Positions 48,352 through 62,517 of a stretch of 64,000 nucleotides of DNA are shown here, piece after piece. A program made the translations under genes and the position numbers. Numbering within the stretch: the stretch's first letter is position 1; every line of letters begins with the position of its first letter. The DNA lies in NCBI RefSeq assembly GCF_039555335.1, contig NC_092647.1:51925740-51989739 (forward strand), in the 5' to 3' direction. This DNA comes from Amphiura filiformis. Its lineage: Eukaryota. Under the pieces are notes generated by a model, which saw only the letters and a list, made by a program, of their open reading frames with translations, did not search any database and was not told the origin of the DNA.

Positions 48352-50275
48352 GTCTGATATCAGATGACAAGTGCAGATGTTAACATTCGATACCTAATGC
48401 ATTTTCATTGTCTTTGACTTTGACGAAATACTCCGCAACGCCTCTTCTGAAGCCAAACGCAAAGGAATGTGAGAGCGCTGAGAGAGCTATTAATCTTGGA
48501 GTTTTTGCTGTTTTCTTAGGTGGTTGGTTACTTCTTGTTTGAATGCTTTTGAATTGTACTTCCAGCTAGGTTGTATCCCGGGTTGTGTGCAAAAACACGT
48601 ATTTTCACTTGTTCCTCAATGTTTTCGTAACTCGCTGGAGTATCTGTGCATTTGACAATAGAAAGTTTGCGAAACGCGATTCAAAAGCACAAACTTCAAC
48701 GTCTGGAGGATTATAGAGCTAGGGTTATCTATTCAAAACTACTATGCCATGAAGGCTTCTGGAAGTCAAAGTGAACGCGAAAATCTATAGTAAGCAGTAA
48801 ATTATATTTATTATTATATTTTGTATCTTAATAACAATCGGAGAAATACATCCAAGCAAGGCAGCTGAAAACAAAATTCAGTGCAAAAATACCAACCTCA
48901 GAATGATTGGGACCTTTTGGATCAAGAGGCAGTAAAATTCGGAAACCATGCAAACTGTTGATACAGATCACCGAGATTTACTACGTAGATATGAAGGGTC
49001 CGACTTACCACTTATCAGTGGATCCGACGTATGCCGCAAATACATGCAAATCTCCGCATATCAGATATGACTTTAATAGCTTTTAACAATCCATACACTA
49101 GAATTCACATATTATTCCTGTCCACGGATGTTCATCATCATAACCCTAAAATCAAAATAATCTAAACATTCCTTACGTGTGTCGGGATTGCAATGTTTCA
49201 TATTTGCTCTGGGAATCGCGTTAATCGTGATAGTTGTTATTGATTGTTTGATAAGCCACGTGAGTATAAAGTCCGCTTTTCTCGAAATGTACTACTGAAA
49301 ATTGCTAAACTTGATTATGTTCTGCCAGTTGAAACTGGTGTCATACCATTTGGTAGGCCTAGGAGCCGACCGGCATGACCGGGGGAGCCAAAGTTTCTCT
49401 CTCAAGGAGAGAGGAGTATTCATATATGATACAATAACTGAGATACGAATACAACCAAATAAAGAAATAATTTATATAAGTGAAACAAAGAATTTTACGG
49501 AAAAAGAATGTTCAGACTATAAGAGAAGGAATGGCCATGTACCGATAATAAAGACAAACAAAATCTCAAAAACGTGTTTACAGCCTTGTGATTGAAATAT
49601 CCTCACCGATCTTGTGTATCTTCAACAATCAAGTTTTTAAACATTGACTTTTCAAGCTTGTAAAATATAACGATCACCGTCGCATTATCATGATTATGGA
49701 GGCTTGAATGTTCAAAGTAGATTCGTCTGCCAAAATCCAATTTCGGTGAGTCATCACAATCTTGACTGAACTTAAGTTTTCCCTTAAGCGTGTTTGAAAA
49801 ATGACCGTAGAAGACCTTAGTAAAAAAAACAATAAATATTTCACACCAGCAGTGAAATCAAAAAGATCCAAAACCTGACCCTACCTCAGGACATCATGAG
49901 ATATGTCTGGTTGGCTTAAAAAACGAACTGGTTAAAATGCTTCAATTTTCAATGTTGAGCTATATTTTGTATTATTAACTTGCGACATTATTTCACTGAA
50001 ACTTAATTAAGCCATATGTAACAGGTTACCACATCCACACTACAGCAATGTTGAAAAATTTGTCACCTATACCACCATATTAGGTAGTTGATTTTGGTAA
50101 CTATTTTGTATTTATTTGTCCAATCCATTTCAACTAGGCAATCTAAATTGTACTTACCATTTACATCCCAAGGTATCTTAGTATATCCACCTCACACTTT
50201 TCAATATATATCCAGTAAAAGACAAAATACCAAAATTGATGCCTCATTATGATATCATGTATTCAAAATGGATGC

Positions 50276-50340
50276 CTAAATTTGACCTGAACAAAGTGAC
50301 CTATAACCTGACCTATGATGACCTATAACCTGACCTATGA
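50276..50340. repeat. Minisatellite (tgacctataacc / tgacctatgatgacctata units).
   Basis: Direct repeats are visible in the sequence. Confidence 0.6.
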
Positions 50341-51799
50341 TGACCTATAGCCTTTTTAAATCTCTTTTCCTAACAACACATTATAGGTATATAGTATTAA
50401 ATTGACTATGCATCCATTGTGGAAGCGAATATTTAATTTATCAAGTGTTTTCACAAATTTTCAATAGAGAGTATAAGAAAGGATTTAATGTATTCTATTC
50501 ATGTACTCTACTTAAACATGTTGAATAGAATAAATTAATGTTTGTTATGAAACACACATCTGAGTTACTAGGATACAGTAAACAAAAAATATATAGGGCT
50601 AAAATGATTTTAAATGGTTTAAAAGCACTTTGTATGTAGAGATATTTTATCAGTTCAGGACATGAGGTGATGAACATATTTATGTACTTCATAAATTTGC
50701 AACCAAAAAAATAAGAGGGGTACTGATAAAAATCATGGTATTATACCCCCCTTTTTATGTGTCTTAATTACATCATATATACACATTCCACGACTGACGT
50801 TTGCCTACGAAGGGGACTCAGGGAACTGCATCCAATTCTTGGACCTAACCATAACTTACGCTTCAAAGAGAATTAAAATATCCCATTTTATACGAAGAAA
50901 AAAGGCCAGAACAGTTCTTGTACCGATCTTCCTGTCAACCACAACCAGTTTTGGTTGTTTCCTACGTATGCCCAAATCATACGCTATGCAAGAAAGAGTA
51001 ACTTTAAAATTGTTGCTGAAAAGAAGGATTTCTCTACCAGTATGCTTCGACTTTATTTATAAATGCGTTTTTATAAATACGTAAGTGACCACCTCCGCGA
51101 TGCCATAACAGCTTATAGACAGTATGTCTTGAAGTGAACTTCTACATAGCGGATGGGCTTCCTATATAATTGAATGCAAAGGCGGTAAACAAAGCTAGAC
51201 TGTGCAGCAAAGCTGTCTATTTTGTTCAACTTTGTGTTTATATTTTAAACGTTGTTGTTTTTGATACATATTCCAAATTCTGAATCCACTCTCCTTGTGT
51301 AATAATTTTGCTGTTCAATGAATACTTAAATTTGATGATATTTATAGTTCCTATCCTTTTCAATGAGATTTGGTCACGCTTGCTGGTCTTGGTATATGTC
51401 GTGCCCATGGGTCACGTGCTTATTTATAAATATAGTCAAAATACAGCCGTACTGTCAAAAGCAAGTTGGTCGATCAATTTTAAAGAACGTCATAATTTCA
51501 TTGAAAGAAACCAAAGTCTCTTGCCATACCTTTGGTTAAATCAATTTTACTATTCAAAGTAGTTTATTTATTATAATACGTTCAATCTTACCTAGTAATC
51601 ACATAGTAACAAGGCACATGGTAACAATATAGTAGTACATGAATAAACAAAACGTTATACTTTATATAATTACACTTTATACAGGTACATCCAATATGAT
51701 TATTTAAAAAAATGTATTTTCATCAATCATCATGGTTTCAAAATCTGACATTCTGCCGTCTCTTTTACTTTCTCTATTTTAACATCTTAACAGGGAAAG

Positions 51800-52125
51800 T
51801 TTTCACTTAGGCGACGAAAAAACCCATGGTCTACGAGCCTGACCGACCCAGAATTTGCGTTTTGGAGAACTTTTTTTTAAATTTTGCTAAAATCAAGTAA
51901 AATCTGCCGTTTTGGGGCCAGAATTTATTAATTTTGGCTGAAAATGTTTAGAAATGTGTTTGCAAAAAATCTTCAGATTTTGTTCAGATTTGGCAGCTTT
52001 TGGGGTATTTTTTAGAGTAATTTTAGCCTCCAGAAAAAAACCCAACAACAACAAAAACGACCGACCCTACTTGAAAGGTTCGTCCGCCAGTAAAACAAGG
52101 TTGGGTTTTTTTTCGCCGCCTATCG
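51800..52125. mobile_element. MITE or foldback element with terminal inverted repeats GGCGACGAAAAAACCC....
   Basis: The termini are reverse complements. A related copy at 59790-60100 is inverted. Confidence 0.55.
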
Positions 52126-53366
52126 TTTCAATAATACAATCAAAATAAATTACAATCAGAATTATGAATGAAAGTAAAAAGAGCAGTCTAAAAACAGACC
52201 GGACATCCAGTAAAACATATAGTGATAAAAACATACATTTCGAAAAATGATGGACTAATCCAGGAAGGCCCTTGTTTTGAATGGAAAAACGAAACAAAAG
52301 ATTATATCTGAATATTATGAAAGATGTCGGATTATTGCACAATTTCAAGATTACTTTAAACGATGGATATTGTCTGGTGTAATGTATCTTCTTTAACCTA
52401 TATCTAAACAAATAAGGCTAACTGTCAGCATACTTTTTTGTATATTAGTTAATGTGTTAATGTATCATGAGTTTTATCAACGTTGAATTCAAATGGGACG
52501 CTGAGCTCAATAAAAATGACGACCAATTTCTTAAGGGTTTTCCAGAATAAACGTAAGTCGGAACTAGGTTTGTAGTTGACTTGTTGTGGGGGACGTAATG
52601 TTAATTGCTTCGGTTACCAAGTCGGGCAACGTTTGGGGAGCATTGACATCATTAATAAAGACCAATTTAATGGTCTTGACAATATAATTGAGAATGTTAT
52701 TGTGCCTCCATGTGAACCAACCTTGTTCAAAAGTAAGTCTTACTTATTTATAAGTAAGTCTTTAAAAGGGAATTTTGAAATGGTTACGTTAGTTGAGAGT
52801 CTCTCAGTTCCAGCTGGCTCGTCATTTATCAAAGATCAAATACTCCTTTGCCCCATCTCCCATCGTTTAAGATTGGTGTTATTATTCATTGTGTCAGCAA
52901 GAACATTGACCAAAAATTTCACCGTGTGGAAGAATGTATATTATGCTCTTCCAATGTTGACATGTTGCTTCCAGAGTAAAAAGATCGAGAAATCGCCATT
53001 GAACATTAACATGATTAACAAGGAGGGTTTTAACATGCGAGTTCCACATATTTTTAACTTGGTCCTAATAGGTTTTAGCACTTTTTTGAACAGTTTTGAG
53101 AGGAGTATCAACTTGGAATAGGGTTTTCCTGGTCCAGTATTGTTCATTATTGAGACGAGTGTCGAGACAGTTGACAATGGGACCTCCTTTAAATTCGACC
53201 AGTAGTCAGACAAAAAAATCGCCCAGACCGCCCTTGTGAACTTATTTACTTTCCTCTGTTGACAAGGGCGGTCTTCAATGAACGGCTATTTTCAGAGCCA
53301 CCAAAAACTTTTACAAGCGACAGTCTTTAGTGATCAGCTCTTTTCTAAGCCATCAGATTCCGATAT

Positions 53367-53512
53367 TCATATTTCATTGGAAGTATTCTCATTTATATTA
53401 CATGTACCAGATGTGTCCAGCAAAAGTCTGTTATATTTTTCTTTATAAATGAGTAATACTGGTACACAAAATGTAATGGCTCCAAGTATTGCCCAATTCG
53501 TCCACATAACAC
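53367..53512 (-). CDS. MFS paralog 2 exon 11 (TM12, C-terminus, TGA stop).
   Basis: Acceptor cgttacag|GT. Carries a 6-nt in-frame insertion and a 4-codon C-terminal extension relative to paralog 1. Confidence 0.65.
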
Positions 53513-53646
53513 CTGTAACGAAAGTAGATAAATAATTTTTAGAATAAACTAGACAATTTACAAATTAAAACTGATTTTAATTTTTTTTTAAAGCTACTTG
53601 ATGTCAAAATGCCATTGTTATATCGCTCTTTTTTGGGGGTACGTAC

Positions 53647-53829
53647 CAATATTAGGGATCATCATCACTAAAAGAAAGATAAGAGCAGTGAAAGCTCGAA
53701 ACCACATCAACGATCCTGTTGCAATCCCTTCTGATACTGGGTACACTCCTTCAACAATAAGTTCACAATAGATAGGAGGGGTGCCTTTTATGAGGAAGGC
53801 AAACAGGATGATTGAAGCGTAAAGGCTGG
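53647..53829 (-). CDS. MFS paralog 2 exon 10 (TM9-TM11).
   Basis: Acceptor ctatttacag|CC. Donor ATTG|GTACGT. Confidence 0.7.
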
Positions 53830-54229
53830 CTGTAAATAGACAAAATATCAAAGGTAAAGATGCATTACAAAACAAAACGTATAGTATATAATTATACCAA
53901 ATACATTTGCTCAATTGTTATCTAAACATTGCTATTAAATCCACTTTTATGGGAACTCCATGTTCACTGGAATGAGCGATCCATTTGGCGCTGACAACAG
54001 TATTTTATTAGCTGAATGTTACGCTAGTTCATGATCATCTGAATGGACCACACAGTAAAGTGGTGCAGTTTCAATAGGGAAAAACACATCTCTCTGATTT
54101 CTACGATAGAATCACTTTTTAGTGAAAATTTTGTCAAAGTAATAATTATATTGTGTAAAGCTTTTTTGTTTGACATTTGTTATAAAGTAATTTGATTTAT
54201 AATTATGATTCGGAATACTCCATATTTAC

Positions 54230-54348
54230 CTAAATTAAAGCGTATAACGCCCAGGGTCAGGAGGAGAAACCACGTAAAGCAGCATACAGAGGCAGTCGAT
54301 ACGCAAAGTAAAACTAGCTTCATTTTCCCGCCAATAATATCGACAATT
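54230..54348 (-). CDS. MFS paralog 2 exon 9 (TM8), intact.
   Basis: Acceptor ttttcag|AATTGTCGAT. Donor TTTAG|GTAAAT. Encodes RIVDIIGGKMKLVLLCVSTASVCCFTWFLLLTLGVIRFNLG. Compare FLVCR [28 protein letters not shown]. Confidence 0.7.
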
Positions 54349-54973
54349 CTGAAAATGCAATGATAAGAATTTCTTTCAATTACATGACAATTCCCGATCA
54401 TGTAAATAGACATACGTCCCTTACCCTTTGATACTAGTATTGACAGTAGCGTAGCCAGGATTTTTTAGTGTGAGGGGCAAAGCCAAATTTTAGTCCCCAT
54501 TTGTCAATTTTTGTCCCATTTTTAGTCATTTTAAGGTACTCATTGCCGTCCCATTTTAACCCTGATAATTTTCTGTGGGGGCAGTCACCCACCCCGGCTT
54601 CCCACTGGCTACGCCCATGAATATTCACGTGAGTGTTTTGTACGACTGTTTGTAGTTTCATGGCATAATCCGACGCATAGAAAGTAACATTTCATATCTT
54701 TGACTATTCAGAAGTAGGCTACAATAGCAATTCATTTAAACATATCACATAATTATTTAGTAGCTTTCGCGTTCGCTGCGCCGCAGCAAACTAATATGCT
54801 GTTCATAAACCAACAATAATTACAATTAATATGCAGTTATGCACCAGAAAAGTACGTCATAGTCGCTGCGTAGATTGTCCAATTGACCAGCCTCATGCGC
54901 ATAAACGATGACGTAGTATCGGTTTCTTTTGCAAAGAATTGCGGGAATTACCTAACTGGTATGTTGTCACTCA

Positions 54974-55041
54974 CCTGGAAAATATAAGCCCTCCTGCAGC
55001 ACCTGCCAAAGCCGAGTAGGCACCGATTCTTCCTGCTGTTT
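54974..55041 (-). CDS. MFS paralog 2 exon 8.
   Basis: Acceptor tatttcag|GAA. Donor TCCAG|GTGAGT. Confidence 0.7.
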
Positions 55042-55417
55042 CCTGAAATAGTATTCAACTAAACATTAACTTGTAGTAGGCCTATCGTGGGTGTGTGGGA
55101 TGGGGGTGTTTATGTGTAAGGTCAGAGATGCGGGAGAAGGGGTACGTGGATGTAACTATAATTATTTTGGTTTATCTCAAGTTCGGTAATGATGTAGGTG
55201 CGTATTTCGCTCGCCGCAGTATCAAATCGCGCGAGTAAAGTTAAACGCCCTGAGTGTATACGCACGCGTACAGGGGCGGTTTGTTAGCACGCTTGCGGCG
55301 CAACCGCGAAAGAGCATTAACGTCACTACCAAACTTGAGGTGAACCAAATTACGTTTCGAAGAAGGGCATTCATTTGTTTTGAGAAACAAAATAATTTGA
55401 ATCAAAGACATACTCAC

Positions 55418-55521
55418 TTGTTGAACGTTCATCGTAGTAAAAATATAGTGTCAGTTTGAGACCTCCACGCGTTGTAAAATCCAGCCCCTATGCAGAAACA
55501 AACCGTTGGTATCCAAAACTG
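55418..55521 (-). pseudogene. MFS paralog 2 exon 7 (TM7). A 1-nt deletion relative to paralog 1 causes a frameshift and an in-frame TGA before the donor.
   Basis: The exon is 104 nt versus 105 nt in paralog 1. The indel maps to ...tatttttactacgatg versus ...tatttctgcataccatg. The amino-acid sequence has also diverged (QFWIPTVCFCIGAGFYNAWRSQTDTIFLLR*). Confidence 0.5.
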
Positions 55522-55713
55522 CTTATTCCTGGAAAAACATACAAAAGTCATAATTATTATGACTTTATAATTTATTTGATATGAAGATCACTGACATGTT
55601 CACCGCTCACTCACACACACACCACCACCACCATTCACTCACTTCGTAGTCACACAATAAATAAACTGATAAATGTACCAATAATTAATTGGCATAATTA
55701 ATTATACTCACAC

Positions 55714-55841
55714 TGCAAGAATTTTAGCACCTGGAATAAAATCTTCCCTTTTAGTTTCAGCTGATGCACTTGGAGGTGTCGGAGGTTTGGCGGGAAAATA
55801 TAGCCAAGTTAGAAGACACAAACATGCCACCCAGCCGCACT
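55714..55841 (-). CDS. MFS paralog 2 exon 6.
   Basis: Acceptor tctcattcag|AG. Donor TTGCA|GTGTGAGT. Encodes ECGWVACLCLLTWLYFPAKPPTPPSASAETKREDFIPGAKILA. Confidence 0.7.
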
Positions 55842-56844
55842 CTGAATGAGACATATAATTACATCAAAATATTACTTAGAAACTAATAATATAAATTTTA
55901 ATGTGGATCAGCTTTCCCATTTTATGGGAACATAATTATAGAAAATTGCTATGCTAATAATTGTCATGCGTAATGGAAAAAAAAGTTGCAGATTGTTGAT
56001 ACAAAATTGTACCCATGAAAAGGCCTATCTGTTATAGCTTATTAGATTTATTAATAAATCACACAAGTTTTAAAAGTTTATGTTAAACATTTTATAATGA
56101 ATAGCTTTGATATTTCCCTACGATGAAATACCAGGGGGATAAGCTTTCGAATGTTATCTTCGTGACATCATGAGTCTGCTGAAGATGACAAAGTTCATTT
56201 GGCCTCCTCGAGAGTGACGTCATCAGTACACTGTCTAACTTGACGCGTGTACAGATGTACGCCTTTTAATGCGCGTGTAAACATGCCAGTTCTTTGAGTT
56301 CGTACTATTAGAAGCACACACTGATGACGTCACTCTCTCGAGAAATCCAAACGGACTATTGAACTATAGAAAGCTCAAGAGTTTCCTTTCCTAGAGAAAG
56401 ATCACTGCTATATGTTAATGTTCTGCCCTAGAGTAGCATTTACTGGGTGTATCTAAAAGCTCTATATCGTCTGAATGAAATGGAAGACCTTAAAACTAAA
56501 AGGCGGTTTTAGTCACATGGAGTGCATTTCAAGATATTTGGCAAAGACAGTAATTATGTCCATGTAGTTTCAATTTCAATATAAGGTAATTTCGTCGATG
56601 AAGTTTCAATGCTCTACAACATGGTACAGAGGGTAGTAGTACCGGTGTGGATATCCCCTTATAGCAGAGAAACTGACACTAACACGTTGTCAACTCTCAT
56701 ATACTTTCAGAATGTTGAAAATTGACTCCTTAATTTCATGCACTGAGGTATTTTAAGTTCATGACTCGTGGAATTCATTAAAAATGAATTGTCGTGATGT
56801 GATATACAGAATGCTCTAATAATTTACTAACTCAACATACTTGC

Positions 56845-56963
56845 CAATGTACATTAACAAATAAATTTCTTGTATATGTTTAGATTTGATTGTCGATGTG
56901 ACGTTAAGATGTTCCTCCTCGCGCAAAGACTTCACGACATAAGTTCCATTAGCTGGATGGAGA
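56845..56963 (-). CDS. MFS paralog 2 exon 5, a mini-exon with a GC donor.
   Basis: Same acceptor (ttatattccag|TCT) and same GC donor (ATTG|GCAAGT) as 42500-42618. Both N-x-T glycosylation sites are retained (NGT, NVT). Confidence 0.5.
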
Positions 56964-57049
56964 CTGGAATATAAAATGCGAGGCACAAACAGAGCAAAGT
57001 TTAGAACTGTGTACTAACTTTTCTACCATATACTACTGGACAAATATCA

Positions 57050-57310
57050 TTGGTTTCCGTATTGCTTTACATGATACCTCAATGCATGAAACCCAACACA
57101 AGACCAGGAAGAGGGCAGCACCAACTGAGATACCACCATCTGCAGACCAACCTTGATATTTATAGATATTCTTTCTACCCACGAGTCATACCATTGTGGA
57201 ATTTGCTCCCAACCCAGGCTGTGCTTGCAACATCACCAGAGGCTTTCAACTTAGCTGCGATGCCCTTCATCAGGCAGTTGCAGCCAGCAGCCTCCGGCAA
57301 GAGTTGGTAG
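57050..57310 (+). mobile_element. LINE 3' tail fragment.
   Basis: Encodes SFYPRVIPLWNLLP...SPEAFNLAAMPFI. Confidence 0.4.
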
Positions 57311-58012
57311 ACAGCAACTCATCTAGTTTTTAACCACACCGCACCTTAAGTTTCTTCAGCATTTAATTTTCTGCACTTTGGACCACATGCACATTGTTGC
57401 CAGCTTCCGGGACAGCAGATAATGCTTTTATGGAAGTCACCTATCAAGTATCAAGTATCAAGTATGATGAAAAACGTAATAAATCTAGTATACACTTTAG
57501 TCATATCTGTTCACTATATAGCATTGAAGAAACTCTCTAGAACTAATATTCGGTGAGAACCTTCGTGTGCCGCACATTCACAGCTTCCAATGGCAGCGAG
57601 TAATTCTATGTTTGCCTAAGGTTATTTTAAACAGTTGCGATTTGGTAGCTCACAGCATCTTACGAATGGTAGTGTGAGCTTTGGCAACAATTGCATTGAT
57701 CATTTCATAGCGAGTGTGTAGAAGAATTCATATATCACAGATATACTTTTGTTGGTCATGTGGTTCTTGAGTTATGTTGTAAAGAGGGCTGAAACAACAA
57801 CACTTTAGTAAAACGTACATAACTCATTAATAACAATAAATCAAGCAAGTTTCAATAGTATATGATTTATAGAATGAACTTTTGCAAAACTTCAACTTAA
57901 AAGGAAAAATGGCTGATCTCTCTCTCGGATGTCGTAGACTGCATATTATTTGCTATCAGCTTTGGCGTAAAATAATCTTATATGATTTTTATAACAAAAT
58001 GGCAATGATCAC

Positions 58013-58219
58013 CTTGTACTGTTGGTACATTTGAATTCTGAAACTATTGACGGTCCAATCAGGAACGAGGCCGCCAATCCGAGGGAACCTATAGATGTTA
58101 ATACCCCTGTTGATGTTGTACGCTGATGAGGTGGAAACCAGGTGACTGAGAAGAGAGGAGGTCCTGCAATTAAAGCAGGACCTCCTAGACCATTAAATAA
58201 CTGCCCGATATTCATCGTC
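58013..58219 (-). CDS. MFS paralog 2 exon 4 (TM4-TM5).
   Basis: Acceptor tatttcag|GACGATG. Donor ACAAG|GTGATC. The protein is nearly identical to 43716-43922. Confidence 0.75.
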
Positions 58220-60159
58220 CTGAAATACAATAAAAGTTTGTATGTAACAAATACCGTGTTCGTTTGATAAAGATAGGGTAAAACACGAAGATCACGGCAT
58301 TTCTTGACATTCTCGCCAGCAATTTCTTGTCTGATAATTCCTGTTGTTTTGTTTGTTTTTGTTTTTGTTTTTTGCATCAGCGATTTGTACGAACGTAGTG
58401 ATATTGATACCATGACATTCGTAAAACTATTATTTATATCGCTTCATTCCTACAAAATAATGGAGTGAAAAAAACACAATAGCGTGTGTGTTAATATCAT
58501 CATGATCATGCACCAGTACTATCAAACTTTAGTTATCATTCATGTAATTTAAAGACCCATTCAGTGATCCCAGCGAAAGTACAAAAATATATATAATTGT
58601 TTGTAAATTTGTTTAAAGTGAAGGATAAGTCAGTCAAATTGTCATCTGGTATTTTTTAAATGACAAATTTGGCAAAAAACAAAGAAAACAGCAGTATTGA
58701 CGAAGTCGGAAGTCGAAGCCCCATTCAAATACATGTAGCTAATTTAGATACTGTCAGTATCTAAATTACAGATTCATGTAAATTTCATATTTTTGTCTTA
58801 AATACACAGCTTTCGGCTGAACCACAAGCAGGCTATGTTAACATATTTATGACAATGACTAAGGTACCAAAATCTGAATTTTGATGATTTTTACGATCGT
58901 CCGGATGAGCAAATCACTGAATGGGCCTTTAAGTAAATGCATCAGAATGAATCATTTTGCATCAGAGTCTGTAAGACTAAGCTAAAAGTCCCGCAAATAC
59001 ATGTCCTAGTCAAAAAGGCAAGAATTGGGTTCGATTCGGATTGATTACATGTTTAATTAGATATCAAAGTTCAAGATCATGTCATCAAATTTACAGAAAA
59101 CCTAATCTAATTTTGGTCAAGTACAAACACGTAGACTAGAAATAATTAGATAGTGGTCAGTTCCACATTCAAGAAATCCTTTTGCATGAACAATGCAGTT
59201 TCTTTCAATTTCCACTAGGGATTAACATTGTCTATCGAGGCTACAAACCATGCAAACTGATTATTAGTATTTTGAACCAATAACCAATCATAACAGTGCA
59301 TTGTTTATTACCCCTTCTTTTTTGGTGCTAAAAGGTTTGAATTGACTTGAAACAAAAACACAGATGACCTAAGGACATAATGCTTAAGGTTAGCATAAAC
59401 TGTAGTTTAAACTGTTGCGATTTGGTACTTTTTAGCATCTTGCGAATGGTAGTGAGCTTTGGCAAAAATTGCATTGATTCAAAAATTCAAATATCACAGA
59501 TATACTTTTGTAGGTACTGTGGTCCTTGAGTTATGTTGTAATGAGGGCTGAAACAACAACACTTGTAAAAAGTACATAACTCATTCACAACAATAAATCA
59601 AGCAAGCAAGTATATGATTGTAGAATGAACTTTTGCAAAACATCAAAGCGTTATTTTTCAATAATATATTGATTTTTTTTTGCTGCTTCGACTAACAATA
59701 CCTGGTCTACCCAGTTTACCCTCAATCATGACTGTGACATACAAACGAACATACTTCATATAATAACGTTGAACAGACTACACCAAAGTATAAGGCGATG
59801 AAAAAAACCCTGTTCTACGGGCGGACTCACCAAACATAATTCAAGCAAATGCCGACTTCAATTTTCGCTGAATTTCTCATGAAGTCGATAAGGTGGGTCG
59901 GTCGGGATTAAAAATACCAAAATAATCGTAAAAAATCACAGAAAGCTTGAAATATCTGAAAATTTGTGGTCATAGATTTATGGTCAAAATCAATCCACGT
60001 TGGCCAAAAACGGTTGTTTTTAATTTCATACGGCTAAAACAAATAACGAAGTTCCCAAAATGCAATATCTGGGTTGGTCGGCCTGTAGAAAAGGGGTTTT
60101 GTTTCGTCTCCTTCTATATATATATATATATATAAAATTTCCCGGGATAATTTCCATAC

Positions 60160-60250
60160 CATTTCATATATTCTATTGGCACCGGGATACACCGTACAGC
60201 TGCTCCAAGCAACATAAGTGTCGACGAACATAGCATGGCAATTTTCAAAC
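60160..60250 (-). CDS. MFS paralog 2 exon 3.
   Basis: Acceptor caaaatacag|GT. Donor AAATG|GTATGG. Encodes GLKIAMLCSSTLMLLGAAVRCIPVPIEYMKW. Confidence 0.7.
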
Positions 60251-61537
60251 CTGTATTTTGAAAATGTGCAAACGAACAACACGGAAGTTGTTCAAGTAAA
60301 TGTGACACAATCTGAAAGTCGTTATTAATGAAATTGCGATATAAGTAAAAAATAAGGTGTAAAAACAATTTTCTACAATATTCTAAATTTCCGACTTGGG
60401 TCTGAGTGGATCAGACCATGTAAGTTTAGCGAATCGAACCTGTTGAAGAGAATAAAAACGCCTTCTATAGCGGTCACGACGGTAATGTCTTTTTGCTATC
60501 TAATGTCGAACTTACTATCAATAATACGAAGGAAATGCATGACATGTATAAGATATGAAATACAAGTGAGTATTTGAAGTCACAAAAACATGCGGTACCT
60601 CACGTGACCTTGCATTATGACACCGTATTTGTCTGTGTGTTCGCATTCATGTTCTCCTCATTGTCCTGTGAATAAAAATCTAATCAGATATAAAGGTATC
60701 TGGCTCCCGGCATGAATTACTGATTTTATAAGTATGTAAAGAAAATTACACAATAGTGATTACGGTGCTCAGTAATGCACAAATTAACCAAGAAAGTCTT
60801 GAGGTCACATTGAGGTTGCAGTGGCGTGTCTGGGATTGAAAATCACGTGGGCCACGGCAATATTTTAAGATTGGCAGCTGATTTACATTGGCTGAGTTAA
60901 TTGTCATGTGTGTGTATGTATATTATATATATAACTGTTGCGATTTGGTAGTTACTGGTCTTTACATGTAGCCTATGGAGAGAGTGCCCGTTGAGGGCGC
61001 TATAACCCCCATTTTAGGAACAAAAATGTGATTTTAAAAAAACTGACTCGTGCAAATTTTCTAAAATTTTCAGAGTATGTAGTATGAACATGTAGAAATA
61101 TAATCAAGTAGTTACCCTACCTGCTCTTCTCCGAAAAAATAAAAAGTCCTATACCTCAATGATAATGAAACCTAGGTGAGCTATTAAATTGCGCATTTAA
61201 CCCATTATAGAATTCGAGTCAAGCTGTCTGCGGATATTATTAGCGCCCTCTAGCAAGGTCACGGTGTCATTTTAATAACAATACGCTATTTACATAACAA
61301 TAAATTGGACACATGCTAATTAGCGATTGTTACATCATGATTCTATCATCCCTGGCAATGCCATGCATTTGTTTTGATCAAGAATGTGATTTTAGTTTAG
61401 AATTATGGACTTTATAAAGGCAATAAGCAAAGTACACAGTGTACACATTTAATGAGCTGATACAAAACATTTGAATCCGTTACCGCGCTATTGATACCTA
61501 TGCATAGTCCATGAAATGATTGTGTTAAAAAACTGAC

Positions 61538-61648
61538 CTTTGACGTCCAGCAACCAAGAGAATAAGATAATAGTAACACACATGGATATTGGTCCCCATA
61601 TTGTTAATAATGCAATATCACCATCATTCCACCCTAACACGGGTTTGG
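61538..61648 (-). CDS. MFS paralog 2 exon 2.
   Basis: Acceptor gtttttcag|CC. Donor AAAG|GTCAGT. Confidence 0.7.
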
Positions 61649-62517
61649 CTGAAAAACAATAATAATATAACATAGTTGTGGGAAATGACATGACTAATTA
61701 AGTAAAAGACTCATAATGCTGGAAAACCAAAAAATACATCGTGTGTTTCTCTGGCTCTCAGCTGTTCTCAATGAGAGAACAATCAAAGTCAGCAAAATAT
61801 TTCTAAACTGCTTTATATGTGTCGTCCCATGCAGAATGGAGAAATAAGTTCTGGTACCGATCCAAAAGCAATGAAGTACTCACTCGATATATTTCAGTTC
61901 TTATCAGCAGTGGCGTAGATTTCTTTTTGACAGTGGGGAGATGGGGTTGGAAAAAATTTCTTGAAGTATATTGAATTTAGCACCTTTTGGCGATATAATA
62001 AGGTAACGGTCCAATTGCGAGCGAAGCGCGCGAAAAATTTTGCCATTTTGAGGCTAAACTGTTGAAATATAGTATATAAAATTTGCCCTTTTTGGGGCTA
62101 AAATGGCCAAATATAAGGTTAATTTGGTCAGAAACCCCCCAAACCCACATACAGGCGTCAACATTGGGGGATGATTGGGGATTTATCTCCCCCCCCCCAT
62201 ACACCCCCCGGATCTACGCCGATATGCCTATCAGGAACCTTGTTCACTATGCAATGACTGTAGTGTTATGATATATCGAGTGAGTACTGCATTTCTTTTG
62301 GATCTGTACCAGAACATATTTATTTAAGTTGAAGTTGGGCTTTGTTTCTCCATTCTGCATTGGTTGAACGATCCTGATGAATCTCATTAATAACCAACTT
62401 CAACCTTTTTACCCTCTGTCTTGCATGTTGGTAGCCTAACAGATAGGGTTACGCGAATTTCGCATTCAAATTTAGAAGCCTCAGTTGTGCATCTTTCTGG
62501 TGCAACTTTTGACATAC

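Noticed and set aside
52576-53121. A 181-aa plus-strand ORF between the two MFS paralogs.
   Set aside because: No recognisable motif, no paralogous copy and no splice-site support. It is likely a chance ORF in AT-rich DNA.
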